DNA from: Aliivibrio fischeri ES114
GTDB taxonomy: Bacteria > Pseudomonadota > Gammaproteobacteria > Enterobacterales > Vibrionaceae
Reading direction: 5' to 3' (one strand)
Length of the DNA: 32,000 bases
Assembly: GCF_000011805.1 (NCBI RefSeq)
Contig: NC_006840.2
In this document: positions 8,182-18,275 of the stretch, one piece after another
How the letters are laid out: each line of letters starts with the position of its first letter
How positions within the stretch are numbered: position 1 is the first letter of the stretch
Made by a program: the position numbers and the translations under genes
Notes under the pieces: model-generated
The model's input: the letters and a program-made list of their open reading frames with translations, nothing else
What the model was told of the DNA's origin: nothing
The model's database searches: none

Positions 8182-10761
8182 TTATGCCGCTAAGTTATCC
8201 TTTTTTGCTCGGCGACGTTGATTTAAGCCTAATGCCAAAAGTAGTAGTAGAGTTGGAACAAATACCCACTCTTTTAATGGACGATCTGCATCAAGGACAA
8301 CTTGTTTGATTTCCCAATCAAAATCAATACCAGATGCTTCAGCAGGACTTCCAAACTCAACCATATCGACAATCATTTTGTTGTCGACTTCAGATAGCAT
8401 TAGCCCCATTGAACTGACCCGTTCTTCACCAGTAATAGCTCTCTCATCAAAAGGTAAACGAACAGTTTTGTTTATGATGTCACCTTCTAGGTTTTCACCA
8501 CTCACTTGTAATTCCAGTGATTGTCCTATATTTAGCCCTTCTGCGATTTGAGCAATCTCAATTCCTTGGTGATAATCTTTTGCTGGATACAATTGATCCC
8601 ACCAGTACCCCGGACGGAATAAAGAGAAAGTAATTAACAATAAAAGAGCGGTTTCCCACCATTTTGTTTTAGTAAACCACCAACCTTGTGTTGCTGCAGA
8701 AAAAGTTAACATCGCAATGATCGATGAAATAACCGTTAATGCTAGGTGCCACCATGAATCAATCCCCATTAACAATAGTTGAGTATTGAAAATAAACATA
8801 AATGGCAGTATTGCAGTACGGATATCATAGGTAAAACCTTGGATACCTGTTCGTATTGGATCGGATTTCGCAATCGCTGCTGCTGCAAATGCAGCAAGAC
8901 CTACTGGCGGTGTATCATCCGCTAAAATACCAAAATAAAAGACAAATAAATGAACAGCAATGAGTGGAATGATTAATCCATGAGCTGCACCTAATGTCAC
9001 AATAACGGGTGCCATGAGCGTTGATACAACGATATAGTTTGCTGTTGTTGGTAAGCCCATACCAAGAATTAAACTGATCACCGCAGTAAATAACAGCATT
9101 AATATGATGCTACCGCCAGAAATAAATTCTACGAAATCAGTCATAACAAGGCCGATACCCGTAAGTGTTACTACACCAACAACCGTACCAGCTGCTGCCG
9201 TTGCAACACCGATACCAATCATGTTTCTAGCACCTGATACCAGACTTTCTAGTAAATCATCAAATCCTTGTTTTACACTTTCGAACATATCGCCTTCTTT
9301 AGTAAAAAAGCTGATTAATGGTCGTTGAGTTAACAAGATAAAGATCATAAATACTGATGCCCAGAATGCAGATAGACCAGGAGAAAATCGCTCAACAGTC
9401 AAACACCACACTAATACCACGATAGGTAATAAGAAATGCAAACCTGATTTGATTGTTGGACCAGGATCTGGCACTTCAGTTAACTCTTCATCAATTGCCA
9501 TCATGGCATGTTCTTGATATTTAGCTGAAATACGAATTAAGCCAACATAAGATAGCAGCAATGCAATAGTAACAATTGGGGTTGCTGCATCTCCAAAGAC
9601 TCCTTTGGTCCAACCTATACCATAATAAACAGCAGCACTAATAATACACAAACCAAGAATAGTTCCTGTAAAAGAGAGCAAACTTTGAACGAGTGTTGGG
9701 TTATGACGACGTGGTAAGCCTTTCATTCCTGCTTTACAGGCTTCAAGGTGGACAATATAAAGTAATGCGATGTAAGAGATAAGTGCTGGTAATAAAGCGG
9801 CTTTAATTACTTCAACATACGAAATACCCACGTACTCCACCATTAAGAATGCCGCAGCCCCCATAATAGGCGGTGTTAATTGACCATTCGTTGATGCTGC
9901 AACTTCAACGGCACCCGCTTTTGTTCCTGGGAAACCAACGCGTTTCATTAGTGGAATGGTGAATGTGCCAGTTGTTACAACATTGGCAATAGAAGAACCT
10001 GAAACTAAACCTGATAAACCTGAAGCAACAACCGCTGCTTTTGCTGGGCCACCTTTCATATGACCGAGTAAAGAGAAAGCTACTTTAATAAAGTAAGCAC
10101 CAGCACCTGCTTTTTCTAACATGGCGCCAAAAAGCACAAATAAGAAAACAAATGAGGTTGATACGCCTAAAGCAACACCAAATACCCCTTCAGTTGTTAG
10201 CCATAAGTGAGACATCGCTTTATTTAAGCTTGCACCTTTATGAGCAATAACATCTGGCATATGTGGACCAGCAAAGGTGTATAGAAGAAACACGGCTGCC
10301 ACAACCATGAGTGGTGGACCTAATGCTCGTCGAGTTGCTTCAAGTAGTAAAATCATACCGGTAACAGCAGCCACAATATCAAATGTGGTTGGCGCACCAG
10401 AGCGGCCTGCAAGTTCGGTATAAAAAATATAGATATAAGCAGCAGCGAAGCTGCCTAATAAAGCCAGAACCCAATCAATCGCAGGAATACGGTCTCTTGG
10501 TGAGTTTTTGAGTGCAGGGTAAGCGGTGAATGCTAAAAAAATAGCAAAAGCTAAGTGTATAGATCGCGCTTCTGTATCATTAAGTATGCCGAAATCAAAA
10601 ATGAACGGTAAAGGGGAGGCATACCAAAGCTGGAATAAAGACCAACATAGTGGAATAAACCATAAAATACGGCCAGATAATCCTTGCGGTGAACGAGCCC
10701 CGGTATCAGATTGGGCCACCATTTCTTGCACATCTTGCGACGGTGAAGATTGTTGCGTCAT
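8182..10761 (-). CDS. TRAP transporter fused (small+large, DctQ/DctM-like) permease of the TAXI type, with a C-terminal extension
   Basis: 859-aa polytopic membrane ORF immediately downstream of a TAXI binding-protein gene. AAGGAAAAG lies upstream of ATG 10761. The last ~190 aa contain a non-membrane segment followed by a final TM helix and a basic tail (NQRRRAKKDNLAA). Confidence 0.88.
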   Translation of the reverse strand: MTQQSSPSQDVQEMVAQSDTGARSPQGLSGRILWFIPLCWSLFQLWYASPLPFIFDFGILNDTEARSIHLAFAIFLAFTAYPALKNSPRDRIPAIDWVLALLGSFAAAYIYIFYTELAGRSGAPTTFDIVAAVTGMILLLEATRRALGPPLMVVAAVFLLYTFAGPHMPDVIAHKGASLNKAMSHLWLTTEGVFGVALGVSTSFVFLFVLFGAMLEKAGAGAYFIKVAFSLLGHMKGGPAKAAVVASGLSGLVSGSSIANVVTTGTFTIPLMKRVGFPGTKAGAVEVAASTNGQLTPPIMGAAAFLMVEYVGISYVEVIKAALLPALISYIALLYIVHLEACKAGMKGLPRRHNPTLVQSLLSFTGTILGLCIISAAVYYGIGWTKGVFGDAATPIVTIALLLSYVGLIRISAKYQEHAMMAIDEELTEVPDPGPTIKSGLHFLLPIVVLVWCLTVERFSPGLSAFWASVFMIFILLTQRPLISFFTKEGDMFESVKQGFDDLLESLVSGARNMIGIGVATAAAGTVVGVVTLTGIGLVMTDFVEFISGGSIILMLLFTAVISLILGMGLPTTANYIVVSTLMAPVIVTLGAAHGLIIPLIAVHLFVFYFGILADDTPPVGLAAFAAAAIAKSDPIRTGIQGFTYDIRTAILPFMFIFNTQLLLMGIDSWWHLALTVISSIIAMLTFSAATQGWWFTKTKWWETALLLLITFSLFRPGYWWDQLYPAKDYHQGIEIAQIAEGLNIGQSLELQVSGENLEGDIINKTVRLPFDERAITGEERVSSMGLMLSEVDNKMIVDMVEFGSPAEASGIDFDWEIKQVVLDADRPLKEWVFVPTLLLLLALGLNQRRRAKKDNLAA

Positions 10762-11014
10762 GTACTTTTCCTTAGTGATGGTCGAATTTAATACTCTTTC
10801 AAATAAGTATTAGGTTTCCGAATATAGCCAATATATAGGCCAAAAAAGCTGATCTTTAAATTCGTTTATTGTCATAACAATCGTATTTATTTTTGTACTT
10901 ACTTATTTTAAAAATGAAGTATCAACATTGAATAATAAGATAGCTATTACCAATTGAGTGGTTGGTATTATTATTGTCCGTTTAAAAGAAAGATCAGAAA
11001 GTAGAGCGAAGAAT

Positions 11015-11038
11015 AAAAGAGGCCATATGACCTCTTTT
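11015..11038 (-). terminator. Hairpin just after the TAXI binding-protein gene (probable partial terminator inside the TRAP operon)
   Basis: On the minus strand: AAAAGAGG-tcatatgg-CCTCTTTT followed by ATTCTTC. It begins 17 nt after the stop at 11055. Confidence 0.5.
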
Positions 11039-11054
11039 ATCTAAAGAAGTGTTT

Positions 11055-12029
11055 CTATTTTAGTAGGCCGACTTCTTTGTAGTATTTCACTGCACCTGGG
11101 TGTAGTGGGATAGAAAGACCTGCTTTAACCATGTCTTCTTTTTTCAAAGTAGCAAATGCTGGATGTAGGCGCTTAAACGTATCGAAGTTTTCAAATACCG
11201 CTTTTGCAACGCTGTAAGCCACTTCATCAGAAACATCTGATGTAGTTACCATTGTTGCCGCTACACCAAAGCTATTTACATCACCTGTAGTACCACGGTA
11301 CATACCTGCAGGTACTGTGCTGTATGCGTAATAAGGATTATCCGCTACGATTTTATCGATCTCTGGCCCTGTTGCTGAAACCAATTTTGCATCACAAGAG
11401 GTTGTTGCTTCTTTGATTGAGCCATTTGGGTGACCAACCATATAGATGAATGCATCAATTTTATTATCACAAAGTGCTTGTGAACGCTCAGAACCTTTAA
11501 GTTCAGAAGCTAACTTAAAGCTGTCGTTTGTCCAACCCATTGCATCCATAACAACTCCCATGGTTGCACGGTCACCAGAACCTGGATTACCAATGTTTAC
11601 ACGCTTGCCTTCAAGATCTGCAACATTGTTAATACCTGAGTCAGTACGAGCTATGATGTTAAAAGGTTCTGTATGAAGAGAGAACATCGCGCGCAGTTTT
11701 TTGTAAGGGCCTTGGGCTTCAAATTTGCTGGTACCGTTATAGCCATGGTATTGCCAATCAGACTGAACAATACCGAAATCTAATTCACCAGAACGAATGG
11801 TATTTACGTTATAGATTGAGCCGCCTGTTGATTCAACAGAACAACGAACATTGTGTTCTTTACGATCTTTGTTGACTAATTTACAGATTGCGCCACCCGT
11901 CGGGTAGTAAACTCCAGTTACTGAACCTGTACCAATGGTTATGAATTCTTGGGCACTTGCAGTTCCCATACCTGCAGTCATCATTGCCGCAGCTACAGCC
12001 GTTGCTTTAATTACATTTTGTAATGCCAT
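11055..12029 (-). CDS. TRAP transporter solute-binding protein, TAXI family (immunogenic-protein type)
   Basis: Signal peptide MALQNVIKATAVAAAMMTAGMGTASAQE, then the TAXI hallmark N-terminus FITIGTGSVTGVYYPTGGAICKLVN and later NIGNPGSGDRATM. 324 aa, followed by the fused permease. Confidence 0.88.
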   Translation of the reverse strand: MALQNVIKATAVAAAMMTAGMGTASAQEFITIGTGSVTGVYYPTGGAICKLVNKDRKEHNVRCSVESTGGSIYNVNTIRSGELDFGIVQSDWQYHGYNGTSKFEAQGPYKKLRAMFSLHTEPFNIIARTDSGINNVADLEGKRVNIGNPGSGDRATMGVVMDAMGWTNDSFKLASELKGSERSQALCDNKIDAFIYMVGHPNGSIKEATTSCDAKLVSATGPEIDKIVADNPYYAYSTVPAGMYRGTTGDVNSFGVAATMVTTSDVSDEVAYSVAKAVFENFDTFKRLHPAFATLKKEDMVKAGLSIPLHPGAVKYYKEVGLLK

Positions 12030-12318
12030 GTTATTCCCTTCCTTATTATTTTGCTTTTTATCTACAGCTTAATGAAAAGTATAAGATAAAAAACAGTATT
12101 TATTCACTTCATCATAAAGTGTTTTATATTTCCTGTTACGGAAATGGCGTGCGAATGATAGCAAATTAATGCAACTAGTTTAAATTGATGTTAAATAAAA
12201 TCTATCAAAAATGTGAAATAAACAACTATTGATAGAGTTGTTTTTTGAAGTTTTTATCTAATTTAGGTGGTTTCTGACACTTTTAGTGTGGTTAATGAGG
12301 AGAGTTATAAATAGGAGG

Positions 12319-12347
12319 AAGCACTTTATGAGAAGCATAAAGTGCTT
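12319..12347 (-). terminator. Stem-loop downstream of argR (putative terminator)
   Basis: 12-bp perfect stem AAGCACTTTATG (12319-12330) / CATAAAGTGCTT (12336-12347) with a 5-nt loop, 13 nt after the argR stop. The trailing sequence on the minus strand (CCTCCTATTTAT) is only weakly U-rich. Confidence 0.5.
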
Positions 12348-12359
12348 AAATTTATGTGA

Positions 12360-12830
12360 TTAAACTGAGTATTCAAACAAGTCGCAAACTGAATCAAACA
12401 GTTCAGCAACTTCAATATTACGAGTTGGTGTAATAAAGATAGTATCGTCACCCGCGACAACACCTAGGATGCCTTCTGCTTTACCTAAAGAATCTAGTAG
12501 GCGGGCAATTAGTTGCGCAGCTCCAGGACCGGTATGAATAACAACTAATGCGTTGTTGTAATCAATATCCATAACGAGTTCACGTAATGAGCTTGAAACA
12601 GTAGGAACACCAAGTTCAACGGGTAGGCAGTACACCATTTCCATTTTTGCATTGCGTGTACGAACGGCACCAAACTTAGTCAGCATTCGTGAAACTTTAG
12701 ATTGGTTGATGTTATCAAAGCCAGATTGACGAAGAGCATCAACGATTTCACCTTGGGAGCCAAATCGTTCAGCTTTAAGAATGGCTTTAAACTCTTTAAC
12801 TAGTAGTTCTTGTTTTTCATTATTTCGCAT
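12360..12830 (-). CDS. argR: Arginine repressor
   Basis: 156 aa. [64 protein letters not shown] (winged-helix N-domain) and [11 protein letters not shown]...[10 protein letters not shown] (C-terminal oligomerisation/arginine-binding domain). Divergent from mdh, as in E. coli. Confidence 0.95.
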   Translation of the reverse strand: MRNNEKQELLVKEFKAILKAERFGSQGEIVDALRQSGFDNINQSKVSRMLTKFGAVRTRNAKMEMVYCLPVELGVPTVSSSLRELVMDIDYNNALVVIHTGPGAAQLIARLLDSLGKAEGILGVVAGDDTIFITPTRNIEVAELFDSVCDLFEYSV

Positions 12831-12866
12831 ACTGTTTTGATTCTTTTTGCAACAATTCTTACTATT

Positions 12867-12884
12867 CTCGCATAATTATTTATT
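12867..12884. promoter_or_regulatory. Candidate ARG box (ArgR autoregulation) upstream of argR; weak match
   Basis: ctCGCATaattATTTAtt compared with the consensus wnTGAATwwwwATTCAnw: 7 of 10 core positions plus the AT centre, 37-54 nt upstream of the argR ATG. A second, poorer half-site match is tgTGAATaattACCAGtg at 12910-12927. Confidence 0.25.
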
Positions 12885-13103
12885 TATAACCAAGTCAAAA
12901 TGGTAAATTTGTGAATAATTACCAGTGATTAGTCGGTATCATTAGTAACGAATTTGTAGCACGGATCATATGTCGTTGCGTAAGGTCGCAAAGCGAGGAA
13001 AACTTCGTTGAATTTCACCTGTCCTTACTATAACGTCAGATTCAGTCTGAAAGTAAAATCTTTAAATAATAACAATATTCCTACCATTTCAAGGAGAACG
13101 AAA

Positions 13104-14039
13104 ATGAAAGTAGCTGTTATTGGTGCCGCTGGCGGCATTGGACAAGCGTTAGCATTACTTCTTAAGAACCGTTTACCAGCAGGGTCAGATCTAGCTTTAT
13201 ATGATATTGCTCCAGTAACTCCAGGTGTTGCTGCGGATCTAAGCCATATTCCAACACCAGTATCAATCAAAGGATATTGCGGAGAAGATCCAACACCAGC
13301 ATTAGAAGGTGCAGATGTTGTACTTATTTCTGCAGGTGTTGCTCGTAAACCTGGAATGGATCGTTCTGATCTTTTTAATATCAATGCAGGTATTGTTAAA
13401 TCGTTAACTGAAAAGATTGCGGTAACTTGTCCTAAAGCGTGTATTGGTATTATTACAAACCCTGTAAATACTACGGTAGCAATTGCTGCAGAAGTATTAA
13501 AAAAAGCAGGTGTGTATGACAAAAATAAATTATTTGGTGTAACCACGCTGGATGTGATCCGTTCAGAGACTTTCGTTGCTGAATTAAAAGATAAAGATCC
13601 AGGTGAGATCCGTGTTCCTGTTATTGGTGGTCACTCTGGTGTCACAATCCTTCCTTTATTATCTCAAGTTCAAGGTGTTGAGTTTACAGCTGAAGAAGTG
13701 GCTGCACTGACTCCTCGCATCCAAAACGCGGGTACAGAAGTGGTTGAAGCAAAAGCGGGTGGCGGCTCAGCAACGTTGTCTATGGGGCAAGCGGCATGTC
13801 GTTTTGGTCTATCACTAGTAAAAGCACTGAGTGGTGAAGAAGGCGTTGTTGAATGTGCTTATGTTGAAGGTAACGGTGAACATGCTCGTTTCTTCGCACA
13901 ACCAATTCTACTTGGCAAAAATGGGGTTGAAGAAATTCAATCTTATGGTGAGTTAAGTGCATTTGAACAAGAAGCGCTAGAAAGTATGCTAGATACGCTA
14001 AGAGGCGATATCAAAATTGGCGAAGAGTTTGTTCAATAA
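13104..14039 (+). CDS. mdh: Malate dehydrogenase (NAD-dependent)
   Basis: [21 protein letters not shown] is the NAD-binding N-terminus. AAGGAG lies at 13091-13096, 7 nt before ATG 13104. IGGHSG is the catalytic His region. 311 aa (E. coli 312). The ORF extension to 13008 is non-homologous. Confidence 0.96.
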   Translation: MKVAVIGAAGGIGQALALLLKNRLPAGSDLALYDIAPVTPGVAADLSHIPTPVSIKGYCGEDPTPALEGADVVLISAGVARKPGMDRSDLFNINAGIVKSLTEKIAVTCPKACIGIITNPVNTTVAIAAEVLKKAGVYDKNKLFGVTTLDVIRSETFVAELKDKDPGEIRVPVIGGHSGVTILPLLSQVQGVEFTAEEVAALTPRIQNAGTEVVEAKAGGGSATLSMGQAACRFGLSLVKALSGEEGVVECAYVEGNGEHARFFAQPILLGKNGVEEIQSYGELSAFEQEALESMLDTLRGDIKIGEEFVQ

Positions 14040-14068
14040 GTGTTAACTTAGACATTAATTGAAAGAAT

Positions 14069-14101
14069 AAAGGGGCAGATAGTCTAACTATCTGCCCCTT
14101 T
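14069..14101. terminator. Bidirectional rho-independent terminator between convergent mdh and ispB
   Basis: 14-bp perfect stem AAAGGGGCAGATAG (14069-14082) / CTATCTGCCCCTTT (14088-14101) with a 5-nt loop. The A/T runs are part of and flank the stem on both strands. Confidence 0.85.
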
Positions 14102-14127
14102 ATTATGTTTGAAAGAAAAGGTGTGGA

Positions 14128-15099
14128 TTATTTACTGCGTTTAACGGCTAGGTGCGCTAATGCTTTTAGTGCTTCTTTATAATCTGATTCAGGAAGAATG
14201 GCTAATTCAGCAATCGCTTTATCTGCTTCTTCATCTGCTTTTTGTTTTGTGTACTCTAAAGAGCCAACTTCTTTCATACAAGCAAGGATCGGCTCAAGTT
14301 TATCTAAACCATTACCATTTTCGATTGCTTCACGGATCATTGCATTTTGTTCTTCATTTCCGTGCATCATTGCATGTAATAGAGGAAGAGTTGGTTTACC
14401 TTCAGCAAGGTCATCGCCAACATTTTTACCCATGTCTTTACCATCTGAGGTGTAATCCATGACATCATCAATAAGTTGGAAGGCGGTACCTAAATACTTT
14501 CCGTAATTCTGTAATGCCGTTTCAATTTCTTGTGGGGCATCGTTTAGGATCGCACCGATCTGCGTTGCGGCTTCAAATAAACGAGCTGTTTTAGAGTAGA
14601 TCACTTGCATATAACTTTCTTCAGTCGTATTAGGATCGTTACAGTTCATTAATTGAAGAACTTCACCTTCGGCGATCACATTTACGGCTTCACTCATTAA
14701 ACTAAGGATCTTTATGGATCCTAAGCTTGTCATCATTTGGAAAGAGCGGGTATAGATGAAATCACCAACAAGTACACTTGCTGCATTTCCGAACTCTGCA
14801 TTTGCTGTTGCTTTACCACGGCGCATGTCTGATTCATCAACAACGTCATCATGCAACAGGGTTGCGGTATGAATAAACTCAATGAAAGCTGCAGCCATTG
14901 TATGGTCTTTACCTTCGTATCCAAGTGCTTTGGCAGATAAAATAGCAAGAACTGGGCGTAGACGTTTTCCACCGCCGCTTACAATGTAAAAACCAAGTTG
15001 GTTGATTAACGCAACATCTGAGTTGAGTTGGGCTAATATGGTCTCATTGACGATTGCCATGTCATCAGCCGTTAGGGCTTGAATAGCTTTAAAATCCAT
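14128..15099 (-). CDS. ispB: Octaprenyl diphosphate synthase
   Basis: 323 aa with two aspartate-rich motifs, LLHDDVVDESDMRRG and FQLIDDVMDY. Located next to rplU-rpmA, as in E. coli. Confidence 0.93.
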   Translation of the reverse strand: MDFKAIQALTADDMAIVNETILAQLNSDVALINQLGFYIVSGGGKRLRPVLAILSAKALGYEGKDHTMAAAFIEFIHTATLLHDDVVDESDMRRGKATANAEFGNAASVLVGDFIYTRSFQMMTSLGSIKILSLMSEAVNVIAEGEVLQLMNCNDPNTTEESYMQVIYSKTARLFEAATQIGAILNDAPQEIETALQNYGKYLGTAFQLIDDVMDYTSDGKDMGKNVGDDLAEGKPTLPLLHAMMHGNEEQNAMIREAIENGNGLDKLEPILACMKEVGSLEYTKQKADEEADKAIAELAILPESDYKEALKALAHLAVKRSK

Positions 15100-15259
15100 T
15101 ATTCTTCCAGCAAGGTTAGGGCCTAAGTCAGGCTAAATTATAATAAGTGATTAACTAAATAATACACTAAAATGGGCTAAGCAATACAGTCGAAAATTGT
15201 CACCTTATAGCTTAATGAGCATGTAGGCGATCTTTTCATCATTTTTCTTCATTTCTGGG

Positions 15260-15288
15260 TTGTCAGATTGAAATGATTAGCGTAGAAT
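15260..15288 (+). promoter_or_regulatory. Putative sigma70 promoter of rplU-rpmA
   Basis: TTGTCA (15260-15265), a 17-nt spacer, then TAGAAT (15283-15288). It is followed by a GC-rich discriminator CCACGCCC, typical of growth-rate/stringently controlled ribosomal promoters. T-rich sequence lies upstream. Confidence 0.5.
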
Positions 15289-15375
15289 CCACGCCCTATT
15301 GATGACAAGTTTAACGCACACCAAAATTGTTGAGTAAACAAAATATATGGTAGTGCGGAAGTAGCGGAGTAAAAT

Positions 15376-15687
15376 ATGTACGCTGTTTTCCAATCTGGTG
15401 GTAAACAACACCGTGTAAGCGAAGGTCAAACTCTTCGTTTGGAAAAATTAGACGTTGAGACTGGCGCAACAGTTGAGTTCGACAACGTTCTTATGATTGC
15501 TAACGGTGAAGAAATCACTGTTGGTGCACCTCTAGTAGCTGGCGGTAAAGTAACTGCGGAAGTAGTTCAGCACGGTCGTGGCGATAAAGTTAAAATCGTT
15601 AAGTTCCGTCGTCGTAAGCATTCTCGTAAGCAACAGGGCCACCGTCAATGGTTCACTGAAGTCAAAATTACTGGCATCAGCGCTTAA
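15376..15687 (+). CDS. rplU: 50S ribosomal protein L21
   Basis: [25 protein letters not shown]..., 103 aa, the canonical L21 sequence. Confidence 0.98.
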   Translation: MYAVFQSGGKQHRVSEGQTLRLEKLDVETGATVEFDNVLMIANGEEITVGAPLVAGGKVTAEVVQHGRGDKVKIVKFRRRKHSRKQQGHRQWFTEVKITGISA

Positions 15688-15704
15688 TCTAAGGAGAATA
15701 ACAA

Positions 15705-15962
15705 ATGGCACATAAAAAAGCTGGCGGTTCTACACGTAACGGCCGTGATTCAGAAAGTAAACGTCTTGGTGTTAAGCGTTTCGGTGGCGAATCTGTTCTT
15801 GCAGGTAACATCATCGTTCGTCAACGTGGTACTAAATTCCACGCTGGTACTAACGTAGGCATCGGTAAAGACCACACTCTTTTCGCTCTATCTGAAGGTA
15901 AAGTGAAATTTGAAGTTAAAGGTCCTAAAAACCGTAAATTCGTTTCTATCGAAGCTGAATAA
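15705..15962 (+). CDS. rpmA: 50S ribosomal protein L27
   Basis: [29 protein letters not shown]..., 85 aa, the canonical L27 sequence. AAGGAG is at 15691-15696. Confidence 0.98.
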   Translation: MAHKKAGGSTRNGRDSESKRLGVKRFGGESVLAGNIIVRQRGTKFHAGTNVGIGKDHTLFALSEGKVKFEVKGPKNRKFVSIEAE

Positions 15963-15982
15963 TAACTTTTTAAGTTAATTCT

Positions 15983-16013
15983 AAAGCCCTGCCAATTGGC
16001 GGGGCTTTTTATT
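15983..16013 (+). terminator. Rho-independent terminator after rpmA
   Basis: AAAGCCCTGCC (15983-15993), loop AATT, GGCGGGGCTTT (15998-16008): an 11-bp stem with one G-U pair, followed by TTATTT. Confidence 0.85.
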
Positions 16014-16165
16014 TATGGATAGTCACCAGTTAAACACTCTTCATCTATAATAAGAGTACTTAACTAGTGACTATATTGATATATACGTAGCGTAAAGATC
16101 ATTGACGATCCAATCTTAAGGTCTCATTCTGGTCTACAGTAAATGAAGCCGTACTTAAATTATAA

Positions 16166-17371
<1,206 letters not shown>

Positions 17372-17403
17372 CTTGTTCTGTGCTTATTACAGATAATCAT
17401 TAT

Positions 17404-17433
17404 AAAAAAACCGCACTTGTTGCGGTTTTTTTT
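17404..17433 (+). terminator. Rho-independent terminator after obgE
   Basis: AAAAAAACCGCA-cttgt-TGCGGTTTTTTTT: a CCGCA/TGCGG core extended by A/T pairs, followed by a long T-run. Confidence 0.8.
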
Positions 17434-17504
17434 ATTTAAATCATTAAACACTGAGTTGAAAAGATTAGAATAGATTTCTATTTAACGAATCATTGCGAAT
17501 AAAC

Positions 17505-18275
17505 ATGGATGAGAAGCAAAGAGAAATATCCCGCTTAGTAGCAAAAGCAGGACAAATGTTATTACAACATGGGGCTGAAAGTAGTCTGGTGTCTGATGTC
17601 AGTCGACGCTTAGGGATTGCAGTTGGGGCTGATGATGTTGAAGTATCTTTATCAGCGAGTTCGTTGGTTATTACAACGGTGATTAATGAGCACTGCATGA
17701 CAACGACTCGTAGAGCACCTGATCGTGGAATCAACATGCGAGCCGTTACAGAGATCCAAAGGATCTGCATCATGTCAGAAAAAGGATTGCTTGATAGACA
17801 TGATGCCACAGAAAAATTAGAAAAAGTGAGCCCTGAAAGATACAACCGTTGGTTAGTTGTGGTCATGATTGGTTTATCTTGTGCTAGTTTTAGCCGTTTA
17901 GCTGGCGGGGATTGGGCGGTCTTTCTTGTTACTTTTATTGCTTCAGCTTTAGGTATGATTGTTCGTCAAGAAATTGGACACAGAAACTTTAATCCGTTAT
18001 TAAATTTTGGTGTTACAGCCTTCGTTACCACTCTTATTTCTTCTCAAGCCGTTATTTATCATATTGGTAATACTCCCTTTTTAGCAATGGCTTCTTCTGT
18101 TTTGATGTTGGTTCCCGGGTTCCCATTAATTAATGCTGTTGCTGATATGGTTAAAGGCTATGTCAATATGGGAACGGCTCGTTGGACGTTCGCAACTTTA
18201 CTTACCTTAGCGACCAGTATTGGTATTGTTGGTGCAATGAATTTAGTTGGAGCGTGGGGGTGGTTAAATGGATAG
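17505..18275 (+). CDS. ThrE-family exporter subunit, YjjP-like (DUF1212-type membrane protein)
   Basis: N-terminal soluble part (AKAGQMLLQHGAESSLVSDVSRRLG) followed by about 5 TM helices, as in YjjP/ThrE N-domains. ATG 17505 is preferred over TTG 17493. It overlaps the next gene by 8 nt. Confidence 0.8.
   Translation: MDEKQREISRLVAKAGQMLLQHGAESSLVSDVSRRLGIAVGADDVEVSLSASSLVITTVINEHCMTTTRRAPDRGINMRAVTEIQRICIMSEKGLLDRHDATEKLEKVSPERYNRWLVVVMIGLSCASFSRLAGGDWAVFLVTFIASALGMIVRQEIGHRNFNPLLNFGVTAFVTTLISSQAVIYHIGNTPFLAMASSVLMLVPGFPLINAVADMVKGYVNMGTARWTFATLLTLATSIGIVGAMNLVGAWGWLNG

Noticed and set aside
8037-10813. Several 60-95-aa ORFs overlapping the usp and TRAP permease genes (8037-8309, 8306-8551, 9104-9328, 10526-10813, 10551-10733)
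   Set aside because: All lie within or antisense to the uninterrupted 859-aa permease or the usp gene. They have low-complexity S/T/P-rich translations and no start-site support.
12201-12236. Inverted repeat TCTATCAA-N20-TTGATAGA upstream of the TAXI binding-protein gene, with a TGTGA in the centre
   Set aside because: Arms of only 8 bp in very AT-rich DNA could plausibly arise by chance. There is no match to a CRP or other operator consensus that I can verify.
12313-12363. AGGAGG followed 9 nt later by an 11-codon mini-ORF ([11 protein letters not shown]) on the plus strand
   Set aside because: The ATG and most codons are simply the two arms of the argR terminator hairpin. It converges into the argR stop and is too short to evaluate without conservation data.
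13028-13546. 172-aa ORF on the minus strand
   Set aside because: It is entirely antisense to the strongly conserved mdh coding sequence. It has no recognisable motifs and is typical of a shadow ORF.
17465-17866. 133-aa minus-strand ORF
   Set aside because: It is antisense to the YjjP-like gene and runs into the obgE terminator region, with no family resemblance.
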